Shown in pieces: positions 38,623 through 49,211 of a stretch of 64,000 nucleotides of DNA. Every line of letters starts with the position of its first letter. The first letter of the stretch is position 1. Made by a program: the position numbers and the translations under genes. Source of the DNA: an uncultured delta proteobacterium (GTDB taxonomy: Bacteria; Desulfobacterota; Binatia; UBA9968); NCBI GenBank assembly GCA_963847445.1, contig CAWJZV010000023.1, forward strand, positions 128,001-192,000, given 5' to 3'. The notes beneath the pieces were generated by a model. It was given only the letters and a program-made list of their open reading frames with translations, had not been told where the DNA came from and did no database searches.

Positions 38623-39804
38623 TTGATCATCGATTGCGATACCCACTTCATGCCGCGGGACGCCTTCAACGGCGTTGGCGGAGCTCTCGAAACCTTAAAA
38701 CCGACGCTTAAGTTCGACCAGCAAGAACTCTACTTTGACGTAGACTTTCCCGGCTATCCATCGGAAGTTACGGGCACTAGCCCGCTGCCGGCGCCGGGAT
38801 CGGGGGCGATGTTTCGGAGCCTGTGGGATCCGATCGCGCGGATGAAAGACTATGACGGCCGGCTGGGTATCGATCGGCAGATCGTACTGCCGCAGTTTTC
38901 CGGCTGGTGGTCTTACCTGATCGAGCCGGAACTCGCCTGCCGCATGGCGCGCTCGCACAACGAGTCATTACTGCGCTTGATGACCGAATATTCCGGCAAG
39001 ATTCTTGGTGTGGCGTTGGTGCCGCTGCAAGATGTGGCCGGCGCGATCGGCGAGATGGAATGGGCCAAGGAACGCGGCTTTTGCTCGGTGGTTCTCGATA
39101 AAGTTTATCCGGTAAAGGATCATCCCTACGGCGAGCCGCTCGGCAGCCACCGTGAGCTTTGGCCGTTTTTTCAACGCGCCGAAGAACTGTCGATGCCGAT
39201 TTACTTGCACAACGTGCAACATGGGCACCGCATCAGTAATCTGCCGATCTTCCAGCGCGACGGGCTGTATATCTTCGCGCCCCAAGAAGGGCAGATGAGT
39301 TTGGTGTCGCTGATCACCAGCGGCTTGCTCGATGAATTCCCCAAGTTGCAGTTTATTTTTACCGAAGCCGGCACTTCGTTCATCAAACCTTTGGTGCAAT
39401 GGCTCGACAAGGTTTTGGACAGCCCGCCGGTGGATTATGACGACCAGGAAGATCCGCTCAACACCCGAGGTCCGTTGACCAAGGTCGGCGAGCGGTTGCG
39501 GCGCGCGCGCGCGATCAATCCGGCGCAATTATTTCTCGAAAAGAATATCAAACCCGCGAGTTACTATTTCAAGAATAATTTCTCTTTCACCATCGAGACC
39601 GAAGAGCCGGAGCTATCGGAAGCGGTCGAATTTCTCGGCGCCGAGCGGTTTCTCTTCGCCACCGACTACCCCCATGACGATCCCGGCGGCAGGATGAAAT
39701 TCGAAGATGTCCGGCTCTTGCGCGACCACAAGCACATCTCCGAGGACGCCAAGGAGATGATTCGCTACAAGAACGCGCAGCGATTGTTTCATTTACCGGG
39801 TTAG
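38623..39804 (+). CDS. Amidohydrolase_2 family protein (ACMSD-like)
   Basis: IIDCDTH, GVALVPLQD, PIYLH, TEAG, FATDYPH. Confidence 0.88.
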   Translation: MIIDCDTHFMPRDAFNGVGGALETLKPTLKFDQQELYFDVDFPGYPSEVTGTSPLPAPGSGAMFRSLWDPIARMKDYDGRLGIDRQIVLPQFSGWWSYLIEPELACRMARSHNESLLRLMTEYSGKILGVALVPLQDVAGAIGEMEWAKERGFCSVVLDKVYPVKDHPYGEPLGSHRELWPFFQRAEELSMPIYLHNVQHGHRISNLPIFQRDGLYIFAPQEGQMSLVSLITSGLLDEFPKLQFIFTEAGTSFIKPLVQWLDKVLDSPPVDYDDQEDPLNTRGPLTKVGERLRRARAINPAQLFLEKNIKPASYYFKNNFSFTIETEEPELSEAVEFLGAERFLFATDYPHDDPGGRMKFEDVRLLRDHKHISEDAKEMIRYKNAQRLFHLPG

Positions 39805-39828
39805 CCCACCGTCGAAAGGCTTAATCTC

Positions 39829-40317
39829 GTGGCAATTCCTGAACGCTACAATACTGGCTACAACATCGGCGTCGGTGGCGCGGTGGTGCGCGATGATAAA
39901 CTACTGTTCGTGCGCCGGTCGTCGCGCCATGGGCGAGGTAATTGGCAACTGCCGGGCGGTTTTATCGAACCCGACGAGACCATTGAACAGGCCGTGGTCC
40001 GAGAGGTTCAAGAAGAAGCGGGGGTGACGGCTGAAGTCGAAGCTGTCCTGGGCTTGCGCAGCCGCTACGATCCCGACAGCGGCAATGGCGTTTACGTGAT
40101 CCTGCTTTTGCGCCCCATCGCCGGCGAGCCGTGCCCCGACGGCCATGAGACCGATCATGCAGAATTTTTCTCGCTGGAACAGATCGGCAAGCTTAGCCCA
40201 CTGCCGCCGGTGAATTGGGAGATCGCCCAACGGGTCCTCGCGCCGGACCGCCGCTTGCTGCATCCCAAACCGCTCAGCAATCTGAACGGCGCCAAGTTTA
40301 CTCTCTTTGTCGGTTGA
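39829..40317 (+). CDS. NUDIX hydrolase
   Basis: Nudix box PGGFIEPDETIEQAVVREVQEEAGV. Confidence 0.92.
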   Translation: MAIPERYNTGYNIGVGGAVVRDDKLLFVRRSSRHGRGNWQLPGGFIEPDETIEQAVVREVQEEAGVTAEVEAVLGLRSRYDPDSGNGVYVILLLRPIAGEPCPDGHETDHAEFFSLEQIGKLSPLPPVNWEIAQRVLAPDRRLLHPKPLSNLNGAKFTLFVG

Positions 40318-40397
40318 ACGCGTTGTCGGGATATCCCGATCTTAATAAAAAGTTAAGTGCAGTTTCGACTGGAAGTTCTCAGAAGATGGCTGGAATG

Positions 40398-41507
40398 TTA
40401 GCGGGTTGGCGTGGCCCGATCCACCGGTAAAATCGTTACTTTGACCAATAACTGGCGGTCGGCTTGTTTGGCGGCTTCGATTTCCTTGCCGCTGACCTTC
40501 GGTTCTGACTCTATGTTGGCTTCTGTGGCTAGCTCTTTTTTGAAAATTTCGAAGTGTTCGGGTGCGACGTCATAAAATCTTATTTCCGCGATAGATTCTA
40601 TCCTGGCTCTCCCTGTCGGTGGCATGGTTGATGGGCGGCGCGCCGTAGCCGGCGAGTCTTCTGCCTCTGTGCTGCTCAAATTTTCGATAGTATCGCGGCG
40701 CTGGGGCGAGCGCCGGCGTACGACGAACTCAAAGTCGGCAACTCGATCGCCGAGCGCAATCGGTCGCTCCAACACAATCGGCGCGGGTGGCGGCCCAATA
40801 AAACTTCGTCGATCGCCAAAAATAAAACCGGAATCCCGTGCCGTGGTCACTTCTTGGACCCGCAGCGGCGGTCGTCTAGGAGCTTCTTTCTTTTCTTCCG
40901 CGGCAATTTCTGTTTCGGCTCGTGACGGCGCTGGCGTTGCCGGTTGCAGCTGTGGCGACTCAGCCGGTGACGATGACGACGCACGCGGCGAAGTTTCTGC
41001 GATGCTGCGCTTGGCGAGATCCGCTGGAGCCCTTAGTGGAGCAACTGTTTTCTGGCCCGTCTCTGAAGCTTGGCGCGCGGCGGCTGGGGCAGCTCGTTCA
41101 TTTTCTTTAATCGGCGTTGGGCTGGCAGATTTTAACGCCAGATTGACATCAGGATTTTGTTTTAACGCTGGTTCATTTTGATAGATAACCACTGCGACGA
41201 TTGCGATCGCCGCCATGGCGGTTGCCCGGACTGCAACGCCACTTGTCAGCGGCACAATCAGCCGCTGCCACAGGCTCGCTTTCGGCTCGCTGTCGCGCAC
41301 ATGGGCCATGACCCGCTGCGCAAAGCCGAGCGGCGGTTCCATCAACGGCAAGGTTGCCACTTGCTGGATGCAGTCGGTTAACTCGTTGGATTCGGCGCGG
41401 CAATGAGCGCAGGAAATCACATGGGTCGCGACCCGCGTGGTCATTGCCATGTCGAGGTTTTTGTCGAGATATTCGGTCAGATGCTTTGCGACCTCTTCGC
41501 AGTTCAT
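40398..41507 (-). CDS. Zinc-binding anti-sigma factor (zf-HC2) with TM helix
   Basis: MNCEEV..HL.EYLD...HVISCAHC, TM segment, low-complexity extracytoplasmic tail; overlaps the sigma gene stop. Confidence 0.85.
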   Translation of the reverse strand: MNCEEVAKHLTEYLDKNLDMAMTTRVATHVISCAHCRAESNELTDCIQQVATLPLMEPPLGFAQRVMAHVRDSEPKASLWQRLIVPLTSGVAVRATAMAAIAIVAVVIYQNEPALKQNPDVNLALKSASPTPIKENERAAPAAARQASETGQKTVAPLRAPADLAKRSIAETSPRASSSSPAESPQLQPATPAPSRAETEIAAEEKKEAPRRPPLRVQEVTTARDSGFIFGDRRSFIGPPPAPIVLERPIALGDRVADFEFVVRRRSPQRRDTIENLSSTEAEDSPATARRPSTMPPTGRARIESIAEIRFYDVAPEHFEIFKKELATEANIESEPKVSGKEIEAAKQADRQLLVKVTILPVDRATPTR

Positions 41508-42082
41508 ACTGCCTTCCTTCCGGCGTAGAAGTAGGATGCTAATTCGGATTTGAGTGCTTGCCGGGCGCGATGCAAGCGTGACTTAACGGTTCCCACCGGC
41601 ACTTCGAGCACTCGGGCGACCTCGTCGTAGGACACATCTTGGAGATCGCGCAGCAGGATCACTGTGGCGTCATCGGCGGACAAGCTGTTTAGGGCTCTTT
41701 GCACGGTTTCACGAATTTCTTTTTTTTCCATGGATTCCGCTGGACCGGGTTGGGGATCACTCAGGGGTTCGGTGTTTTCGATGGGAACTTGGCGTTGATG
41801 GCGAGTATTCATGGTCTTGCGCCGCGTCGTCGCATGATTGAGCGCGATGCGATAGAGCCATGTGGAAAAATTGGCGTCGCCGCGAAATTGGCCGATGGCC
41901 CGGTAAGCCGAAAGGAACACCTCTTGGGCGGTTTCCGCGGCTTCATCATAATCGCCTAGCATGCGGTAGACGAGGTTGAAAATGGTTTTCTCATGGCGCC
42001 GGATCAATGCCTCAAAAGCGTCGGCCTGCCCGCGCTGTAGCTTTTGGACATACTCGGCGTCGCTGATCGAGTCTGACTGCAT
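41504..42082 (-). CDS. ECF RNA polymerase sigma factor (RpoE-like)
   Basis: AQEVFLSAY, FSTWLYRIA, SYDEVA..L.VPVGTVKSRLHRAR. Confidence 0.93.
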   Translation of the reverse strand: MQSDSISDAEYVQKLQRGQADAFEALIRRHEKTIFNLVYRMLGDYDEAAETAQEVFLSAYRAIGQFRGDANFSTWLYRIALNHATTRRKTMNTRHQRQVPIENTEPLSDPQPGPAESMEKKEIRETVQRALNSLSADDATVILLRDLQDVSYDEVARVLEVPVGTVKSRLHRARQALKSELASYFYAGRKAV

Positions 42083-42095
42083 TGTTTCAGAGGGG

Positions 42096-42123
42096 TTAGA
42101 CTTTGGATGCACCAAAAAGTTCC
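42096..42123 (-). promoter_or_regulatory. SigmaE/AlgU-type ECF promoter, probably autoregulatory
   Basis: GGAACTT-N16-TCTAA on the minus strand just upstream of ATG 42082. Confidence 0.7.
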
Positions 42124-42334
42124 GTTGGTTAAATATAAAAGGAACACTCTTGTGTGGCAGTCTATCGGTGTTTATGAGTGATGTAAAGCCTCTATATTTT
42201 AACTGTTTAGCACCTTAATATCATTTTGAGCGGAAGTTTTTGAGGGTGCCCGCGGTAGGATCGCGGAGCAGCCAATTTCGCAATCCGATTACGGTCAATC
42301 GGATCGCTAGGGTGGATTCATGAGCAGGCTCAGG

Positions 42335-43268
42335 CTACACGGGTTCGTGCCAAAGGCTGCTGTACTCGGTGGCGACCACCTGGTCATAGGCTGCCGGGCC
42401 CTTGAGCAGGCCGATGTCTTGAGCGAAGCGGTTCATGCTCTCGACCTTTTCCGGTGGAATCGTCGGGTCGTAAAAGGGCAGATCGCGGCGCACCAGTTCG
42501 GCGATGAGTGCTGCTTCGGAGGCTGGAAAGCGCTTTTGGCCCACCGCAGTAGCGCGCGCGGGATCTTGCTTTAAAGCCTTGTGGGCTTTCATCAGCGCGC
42601 GCACCGCGGCACGGGTCTGCTGCCGGGTTGTCCTTGATCGTCTTGTCCGTCGCCACCAGTGCAGAGAACGTGTAATGGCGTGCCGCCGTCGGGCCGTCGC
42701 CGCGTCGGACATCGAGGACCATGGTGCCGACGCCGCGCCGCACGGCCACTTCGCAACCCATGCCATTGGCCCAAAAACCGTCCAGTGTGCCTTCCTCGAG
42801 TGCTTTGGCTGCCGACAGGCCGAAGGAAACGTTTGGCCCTGCCGCGCCAGGAATGGGCATGATCTGAACATTATTTTTGTCGGGATCGATGCCGGCTTCG
42901 ACCAACAGGCGCTGCAAGCTCAAATTGACGCCCGGCGCCGCGCCGATGCGCAAGCCTTTAACGATGCTCAAATCGCCGCGCTGCGGTTTCAGATCGCTAC
43001 GGATGACCAGAAACCAGTAAGTATGTTGGCCGCAGGCCGCCAGCAGCTTGGCGCCTTGCCACTCGGGGAAGGCCAGTAGCGTCGCGTGCGCTGAGCCGAC
43101 GACGAAGTCGAGGGCGCCGTCGCGCAGTGCTTCGAAAGTTTTTGGAATCGGAAACAAGAGATCGACGGAAGCGTCGAAGCCTTCTTCCGTGAAAAATCCC
43201 ATCTCGACGGCCGCGATGATCGGAAAATAAGAATTCGATACTAAATCGGGTACGGCGATGCGCAGCAT
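42335..43268 (-). CDS. NitT/TauT family substrate-binding-like protein, frameshift near 42625
   Basis: AAVEMGFFTEEG, KGLRIG, EAGIDP, VRALMKA; no signal peptide visible. Confidence 0.75.
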
Positions 43269-43302
43269 ATTATCTCCAAGTTGATTCGACTTTTCTTACC
43301 GA

Positions 43303-43350
43303 CGTTGAACCTTGAACTGATTTGAACGGTTATCGTTGAAAGGTTCAACG
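43303..43350. repeat. TTGAAC/GTTCAA repeat cluster
   Basis: gttgaaccttgaactgatttgaac ... cgttgaaaggttcaacg. Confidence 0.65.
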
Positions 43351-43381
43351 TCGGATCATGAGCTCGCTGTCTTGCCATTAT

Positions 43382-43732
43382 TCAGTCCGCCAGCGGCACG
43401 GTCATGAACACATGGGGCTCGCTGCCGAGCACGCGCGAGGTGTGGCCTTCGCCGCTGGTGTCGTCGGCGAGCATGACGTCGCCGGTTGTAAATACCCGCT
43501 TGACGCCGTTGCTCGCTTCGATCTCCCAGGAGCCGGAGAGGGTGACGAGATATTGCCGTCGCGGCGCGGGATGGCGCTCCAAGAAAAGTCCTACGGGAGC
43601 GGAGCGAAACACCGCGCCGGTGGCGGCGCGCATGTCGGTGCTGAGCATCGGTTGGTTGCCGCCGAATTTCAGTTCGATTTCTTCAAAGTGCGATTTATCA
43701 TCGTTGCCGCTGTAGAGTCTGACGATTTTCAT
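43382..43732 (-). CDS. Small cupin domain protein
   Basis: SHFEE, HPAPRRQ, GDVMLADD..G.GH. Confidence 0.8.
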   Translation of the reverse strand: MKIVRLYSGNDDKSHFEEIELKFGGNQPMLSTDMRAATGAVFRSAPVGLFLERHPAPRRQYLVTLSGSWEIEASNGVKRVFTTGDVMLADDTSGEGHTSRVLGSEPHVFMTVPLAD

Positions 43733-43797
43733 AAGTCCTCCTAAATGATGTTGGCTTGTCCCGGCGTCGGTTTCGCAGCTCTGCCGGTTCTTTCATA

Positions 43798-44443
43798 TCA
43801 CAGAGGTATCTGTCTTTTGTCCATGGCGCGGCGCCATTTTTTCTCCGGTTCATTGCCGAAGACTAACGACTTGTCGGCGCCGATCGCGAACCAGGAGTTG
43901 GCCTTGAGTTCCATCTCCAACTGGCCGGCGGCCCAACCGGCGTAGCCCATGATTAGCAATGCTTGGCGTGGACCTTTGCCGACCGCGAGCGCTTGCACCA
44001 TCTTGGCGTCGGCGGTCATGGCGACGCCGTCTTTGACTTTGGTGCTGCTATCGAGAACCCATTCATCGCTATGCAGGACAAACCCTTGATGGCGGTTTAC
44101 CGGCCCGCCGTAATGCACAACGATTTCGCCCTTGGCGCCTTTGGCGTCGATGCCAAAGCCTTTCAGCAGTTCGTCGAAGGGCACCTTGGCAACCGGCTTG
44201 TTGACGACTAGACCAAGTGCGCCTGTGTCATCGTGTTTCACCAGGTAGATGATCGATTCGGCGAAACGCGGGTCCTTCATTTCGCTGCTGGCGACGAGCA
44301 ATTGGCCGGCTAAGAAACGGTTCGCCGGCGCTGCCAGACCCGAGAGCCCCGCGTTCGCCGACGTCAATGACGAGCAGTAACGCAGCCAGCCAAAGCAGTC
44401 TCAGGGACTTCACTCTTGTTAAGGTTCGGGCGCGACACTGCAT
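43798..44443 (-). CDS. YqgE/AlgH family protein (UPF0301), frameshift in the N-terminal region
   Basis: GQLLVA..MKDPRF, GALGLVVNKP, YGGPV, GYAGW..GQLE.E...NSW. Confidence 0.88.
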
Positions 44444-44459
44444 CGTTTGATACGCGCGG

Positions 44460-44891
44460 TTAGCCGCGCACTTTAGGGCCGACGCTTTCGATGGTGATGC
44501 GAATGATCACGCGCTGCTCGCGCGCCATGCGTTGGTGAAATTCCGGCCAGCTCTTGTGCTCGCCGTAGGCTTGGCGCTGCAAGTAGACCAGAGTGTCGAG
44601 GGCTTCGGGTAGCGAAACGATCTCGGCCTTGCCGCTGACTTGGACCCAGCCTTCGCCGTGAAACGTATTGCCGAACGTGCATAGGGCGGCGCGCGGATCG
44701 CGGCGCAGATTGTTGACCTTGTACGCGGTCTCGCGGCTGCTGATCACCGCTCGGCCTGCGCCATCGAGACCGCAGGTCACCGGCGACATCTGCAGGTCGC
44801 CGTTCTTGCGCCGGGTGGCGAGCACGCCGTGATGATTGTTCTTGAGAAATTCTTTAGCCCTGCCGGTTTCCACCGGAATGAATTCGGCCAT
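44460..44891 (-). CDS. PPOX-class (F420/FMN split-barrel) oxidoreductase
   Basis: GVLATRRKNG..QMSPV, KVNNLRRDPR, EQRVIIRI. Confidence 0.8.
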   Translation of the reverse strand: MAEFIPVETGRAKEFLKNNHHGVLATRRKNGDLQMSPVTCGLDGAGRAVISSRETAYKVNNLRRDPRAALCTFGNTFHGEGWVQVSGKAEIVSLPEALDTLVYLQRQAYGEHKSWPEFHQRMAREQRVIIRITIESVGPKVRG

Positions 44892-45070
44892 GGTGCGATT
44901 TCCTTATTGCGAAAATTAGTTCAAGCGGATGGACGACAAAGTAGAATACCGGCCGGATCGATTGCAAGCGCGCGCGCGTAGTATTCGCTTGTCAGGCGTG
45001 AACCATCGGCCCAACGACCCATGACCGATGGCACAATCGGGTTGCGCGGCTCGCTGACGCTGCCTTCGTC

Positions 45071-45099
45071 TTGACCGGTTTCACCGCATAACCTATAAC
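45071..45099 (+). promoter_or_regulatory. Putative sigma70 promoter
   Basis: TTGACC-N17-TATAAC upstream of 45125. Confidence 0.5.
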
Positions 45100-45124
45100 C
45101 AAGTCAGAGGGCGAGCTTGTGACC

Positions 45125-45808
45125 ATGACCATCCCACAAATGCAGTGTCCGGAGATTCTTCCGGTTTTTCCATTGACTGGCGTGATGCTGTTGCCGGGCA
45201 CGGTTTTGCCGCTGCATATCTTCGAGCCGCGCTACCGCGCCATGGTCGAAGATGCCCAGCAAGGCGACAAAATGTTCGGCATGATCCAGCCTTACGCGCC
45301 ACAGAACGACAATCGCGGACCTCAGCCTGAGGCCGAGAACAGCGCGCCGGATCTCTACAAAGTCGGCTGCGCCGGTTTCATGGAAAAGTGTGAAAAGTTG
45401 CCGGATGGACGGTTCTTCGTGCAGCTCAAGGGGGTTAGCCGTTTTCGCTTTGCCGAAGAGTTGCCGTTGCAGCGCGGTTACCGCAGGGTCAAAGCGGACT
45501 ATAGTGAATTCGCCGACGCGGAACTGGAGCAAGACTGGCACTGTGCGCGCGCGGCGATCATCGAAGCGCTATCGATCTATGGCATTGCCCATGGCATGCA
45601 GGTCAACGCCGATCAAGCGGCGAAGTTCTCGGACCTTGAGTTGGTCAATCTCCTCGGCGTGTCGTTGCCCTTTCATCCCGCTGAAAAGCAGGCGCTGCTC
45701 GAAGCCGCGACGCTCCAGGACCGCGAAAACATGCTCATCGATCTGCTCAAGCTCGGCGCCGGCCCGGCCACCAGCGACATCGAAATCGCGCCGCGAACCC
45801 TCAACTAA
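45125..45808 (+). CDS. LON peptidase substrate-binding domain protein
   Basis: LPVFPL...LLPG..LPLHIFEPRY, VGCAG, DGRF, EKQALLEA. Confidence 0.9.
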   Translation: MTIPQMQCPEILPVFPLTGVMLLPGTVLPLHIFEPRYRAMVEDAQQGDKMFGMIQPYAPQNDNRGPQPEAENSAPDLYKVGCAGFMEKCEKLPDGRFFVQLKGVSRFRFAEELPLQRGYRRVKADYSEFADAELEQDWHCARAAIIEALSIYGIAHGMQVNADQAAKFSDLELVNLLGVSLPFHPAEKQALLEAATLQDRENMLIDLLKLGAGPATSDIEIAPRTLN

Positions 45809-45871
45809 CTCAAGATCAATAGCGCTAGCGTCGGTTTCTCGAAGTGCGACGGCGGGCATGGGCAGCCATCG

Positions 45872-46663
45872 TCATCGCGATGCCATCCTGCCGCCCTCGA
45901 CGGGAATATCTGCGCCGGTGATGTAGTCCGCCCAAGCCGAGGCGAGAAAGAGCACCGGTCCGACGTAGTCTTCGATGTCGCCGTTTCTACCCAACGGCGG
46001 TACGGTTAGATTGACACCGGCGGGCAGAGTTTGGCTGCTGTCGTCCGGTTTGCCGGCGTATTGATTGACGCTGGTCAAACGGTTGGGCGTGAAGCCGGGA
46101 CTGATCGAATTGACATTGATATGATACTTGCCGAGCTCGACGCCCATCTGTCTGGTGAGATTGACGACGCCGCCTTTAGCGGCGCTGTAGGCCGAGCCGC
46201 CCGGCAGGCCGCGATGGCCGGCGATGGAAGCGATATTGACGATCTTGCCGCGGCCGGCTCTTTTCATCACCGGCACAACTTGCTTGGAACATAGGTAGAT
46301 TCCCTTGAGACCTATGCCCAAGACAAAGTCCCACTCGTTGGACTCGACTTCGGTAATTTCTTTTCCGGGGTAAATTTGCACGGCGGCGGCATTCACTAAA
46401 ATATCGATAGTGCCGAAGCGGCCGACCACGTCGGCGACCATCTTAGCCACCTGATCTTCCTTGGTCACGTCGGCGCCAACGCCGATGGCATCGGTGCCAC
46501 GCGATTTTAGATCGCTGGCGACTTTCGCCGCTTTATCGAGCACGAAGTCGCCGATAGCGACCTTTGCGCCGGAATCGGCGAAGCCGCGGGCAAACGCCGA
46601 GCCGAGCACGCCGCCACCACCGGTGATCAGAACGACTTTATCTGTAAGTCCGAGGTCGCGCAT
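45872..46663 (-). CDS. Short-chain dehydrogenase/reductase
   Basis: TGGGGVLG, VNIAS, YSAAK, NSISPG. Confidence 0.92.
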   Translation of the reverse strand: MRDLGLTDKVVLITGGGGVLGSAFARGFADSGAKVAIGDFVLDKAAKVASDLKSRGTDAIGVGADVTKEDQVAKMVADVVGRFGTIDILVNAAAVQIYPGKEITEVESNEWDFVLGIGLKGIYLCSKQVVPVMKRAGRGKIVNIASIAGHRGLPGGSAYSAAKGGVVNLTRQMGVELGKYHINVNSISPGFTPNRLTSVNQYAGKPDDSSQTLPAGVNLTVPPLGRNGDIEDYVGPVLFLASAWADYITGADIPVEGGRMASR

Positions 46664-46681
46664 GAATGCTCCTCACGGGGA

Positions 46682-46750
46682 AGTAAGGAGTAAAGAGTTA
46701 GGAGTAAGGGTGGTGAGCGGGACTTCTGACTCCTTACATTCACTCCTTAC
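46682..46750. repeat. Inverted pair of TAAGGAG heptamer arrays
   Basis: gtaaggagtaaagagttaggagtaag ... actccttacattcactccttac. Confidence 0.7.
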
Positions 46751-46762
46751 TGGGTTATTGGC

Positions 46763-47572
46763 TTATTCCGCCATATCGATCAACACACCATCGGGGTCGG
46801 CGACAAAATGCTGGCCCAGGCAGCAGCGGTGAAAGTCTTCCTCGTTCTTCTTGCCGTTGCCGCCGACAAATTTGCCACTCGCGGACGGCGGCGCGCTTTC
46901 AGCGAGCGCCGCCAGGTCGCTTTGGGTCTTGGCCAAGCTTTCCACTTTGAAGCCAAAGTGATCGAGCCCCTCGCGCAGGCCGCGGTACAGGCTGTTGTCG
47001 CGCGGGCGGAGCAGCAGCTTCACTTTGCCATCGGTCATGCAGATGGCGCCGTCGTCTTTGTAGGTTTCGGCTTCCTTCAGCTCGAATATTTTTTCGTAGA
47101 ACTCGGCGACCTGACTGGGGTCGTTGGCGCGGATCGAGATGTGATTGATCCAGCGCGGCTGCTCCCAACCGGATTCGTTGTAACCTTCGCGGACGTTGGC
47201 GACATGGGCTTGGGCGATGTCGAACTGGGTGCCTGCCGGATCGTAGCTGCGCAGGCCTGCGAAGGGCACGTAGTCCAGTCCCTTGGCGATCATCGATTTC
47301 GGATAATGCTGTTCCATGCGCCGGACAAACTCTTTGATATCCTCGACTTCAAAACCATAGTGGTCCATGCCGGACTGCATGCCGGCGTAGCGCGACAACA
47401 CCGCCAGGCCGATGACGCCGTCGCTGATATGGCCGCGGCTGGCATTCTGTTTGCCGGTCTCATCCAGCGTGTTGCTGGTCATGCGCCGCATGCCGAAGAC
47501 CTGCTGATAAAAATTATCCACCGCGGCGTGGTTATGGGTGTACATGGCGATATGGCGGATTTTGGCGAACAT
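46763..47572 (-). CDS. Two-domain VOC/glyoxalase family protein
   Basis: KIRHIA, DHYGFEV, DPAG, INHISI, DHFGFKV, DPDGVLID. Confidence 0.85.
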   Translation of the reverse strand: MFAKIRHIAMYTHNHAAVDNFYQQVFGMRRMTSNTLDETGKQNASRGHISDGVIGLAVLSRYAGMQSGMDHYGFEVEDIKEFVRRMEQHYPKSMIAKGLDYVPFAGLRSYDPAGTQFDIAQAHVANVREGYNESGWEQPRWINHISIRANDPSQVAEFYEKIFELKEAETYKDDGAICMTDGKVKLLLRPRDNSLYRGLREGLDHFGFKVESLAKTQSDLAALAESAPPSASGKFVGGNGKKNEEDFHRCCLGQHFVADPDGVLIDMAE

Positions 47573-47653
47573 AAAGTTCCTCCGAAAGTTTAGGGTCTGG
47601 AGTCTAGTGTTTGGCGACGCAGATTCTCAGTTACACTGAAGTGGGTCGCCACG

Positions 47654-48536
47654 TCAATGGAGGATTCGATGGCAGGGTGCGCTTTGCGCACCGATCCGAA
47701 CTCCTGTGCGGCGAGCGCACCCTACGGAATTCGCGGCGAGAAACTGTCTGATGATGCGGTGCGCCTGGTCCGGGTTGGTCATGAAATAGTTGTGAGCTTC
47801 ATTCGGGATGACGGCGTACTGGCCGTTGGGCAGCGCTTTGGCCATGGCTTCGGACGCCAGCCGATGCGACGCGCCGGTGGCCGAGCCGTGATCTTGGTCG
47901 CCGACGAGAACCAGCGTCGGCTGTTTAATCTCATGCAAGCCGGCCGCTAACATCGCAGGCTTGGCGAGCGACGACATGGCGCAGGTAGTCGTCCAGCGTC
48001 GGCAGGTTGTTCATGCGAATTTTCAGAAAGTGTTCGACGCGGTCGGGGTGTTGCTTAATATATTCCTGTGTCCAGCCGACTTCCAGGGTGTGCTCGCGGA
48101 CATATTTCTCGTAGCCCCACTCGACCATCTCTTTGCACATCTTGAATGGGATCGGCGGCGCATGGGCGACTCCGGCGCCGACCGACGCGGCAATTATCTT
48201 CTTGACTCTGTCCGGGTATTTCAGCGCCATCAGTAGCGCCACCCGCCCGCCCATCGAATGTCCGAGGAGAATGGCTGGACCGGCGTTCAAGTGATCGAGG
48301 ATGGCCACGGCATCGTCGACGAAATCGTCGCAGGAATATTGCTCGGTCGGCCGGCTCGATTTCCCGGTGCCGCGATAGTCGTGGGTGATGACCAAGTGAT
48401 CGCGGGAAAATTCCGGGACTTGGAAGGTGTGCCAGATGTCGCCGGCGCAGGCGGTTTCGCTGAAAAACAAAAAAGGGATTCCCCTGCCGTGGGTTTCGTG
48501 GAAAATATCGGTGTTGATGCGCGTTACGAAAGACAT
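47654..48536 (-). CDS. Alpha/beta hydrolase, frameshift near 47945
   Basis: DYRGTGKS, GHSMGG, PTLVLVGDQD, AH; the C-terminus reads through a GTAG-type REP pair at about 47672-47725. Confidence 0.85.
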
Positions 48537-48544
48537 AGGCTCGA

Positions 48545-48853
48545 CTAGCGGGAGCTTCTGGTGTGTTGTTTCCCCTTTGCTGGCACGAGGGCGATGATCG
48601 ACCGTAGGGCCTTGTTCACGGCTTCTGAGTTCGGAAAGTAGGCGCGCACATCGGGTTCGAGCATTACGGCGCCATCGGCCAACGTAAAGTGCTGCACGGT
48701 GACGGTGCCATCGGTTTCACGGATCGTCACCGAATGTCCCTGCCGGTAAGCTTTATAATATTTGCCGCGTACACCATTCTTACCGCGGAAATCATAGTGC
48801 GGGCGCATGTCGTCCTTTGCTGAAGTATTGCGGCTAACTTTTACCTTCTTCAT
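48545..48853 (-). CDS. BrnA-like antitoxin
   Basis: DDMRPHYDF...GVRGKY, LEPDV..YFP.SEAVN.ALR; overlaps brnT. Confidence 0.75.
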   Translation of the reverse strand: MKKVKVSRNTSAKDDMRPHYDFRGKNGVRGKYYKAYRQGHSVTIRETDGTVTVQHFTLADGAVMLEPDVRAYFPNSEAVNKALRSIIALVPAKGKQHTRSSR

Positions 48854-49133
48854 AAATTCTCCGTTCTGAAGCAGTCGCGTTGCGGCAACTTATTATGCGG
48901 ACGGACACTAGATCCGCCATAATTTCATGTTCCGTGTGAACAACGAGCAGAACTTTGTTGAAACCTGATAATCCAATACTGATGAATCGTTCTTCGTCGT
49001 CCGAATGATCATCGTCGCTAAACGTCACGAGGAGAGGATCGTTAAAAACCGTTTTTGCTTCGGCGAAACTGATTCCATGTCTTCTAAGGTTTAACCTGGC
49101 CTTATTTGCATCCCACTCAAATTCGAGTCGCAT
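48834..49133 (-). CDS. brnT: BrnT family toxin (DUF497)
   Basis: FEWD..KA..N...HGISF.EA..VF.DP, EER...IG, RIIS.R.AT..ER..Y. Confidence 0.9.
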   Translation of the reverse strand: MRLEFEWDANKARLNLRRHGISFAEAKTVFNDPLLVTFSDDDHSDDEERFISIGLSGFNKVLLVVHTEHEIMADLVSVRIISCRNATASERRIYEEGKS

Positions 49134-49211
49134 CGAGCAGAAGTATATGATTCCGCTCGTTCGAAGGCAAAGTGGCGGCGCACGACTGGGTCATATTTGA
49201 AGTTTGTCGAA

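Noticed and set aside
45055-45090. SRP RNA from minus-strand GTGAAACCGGTCAAGACGAAGGCAGC
   Set aside because: Lacks the CAGG-N-CC-GRAA-GG-N-AGCAG domain IV hairpin and overlaps a likely promoter
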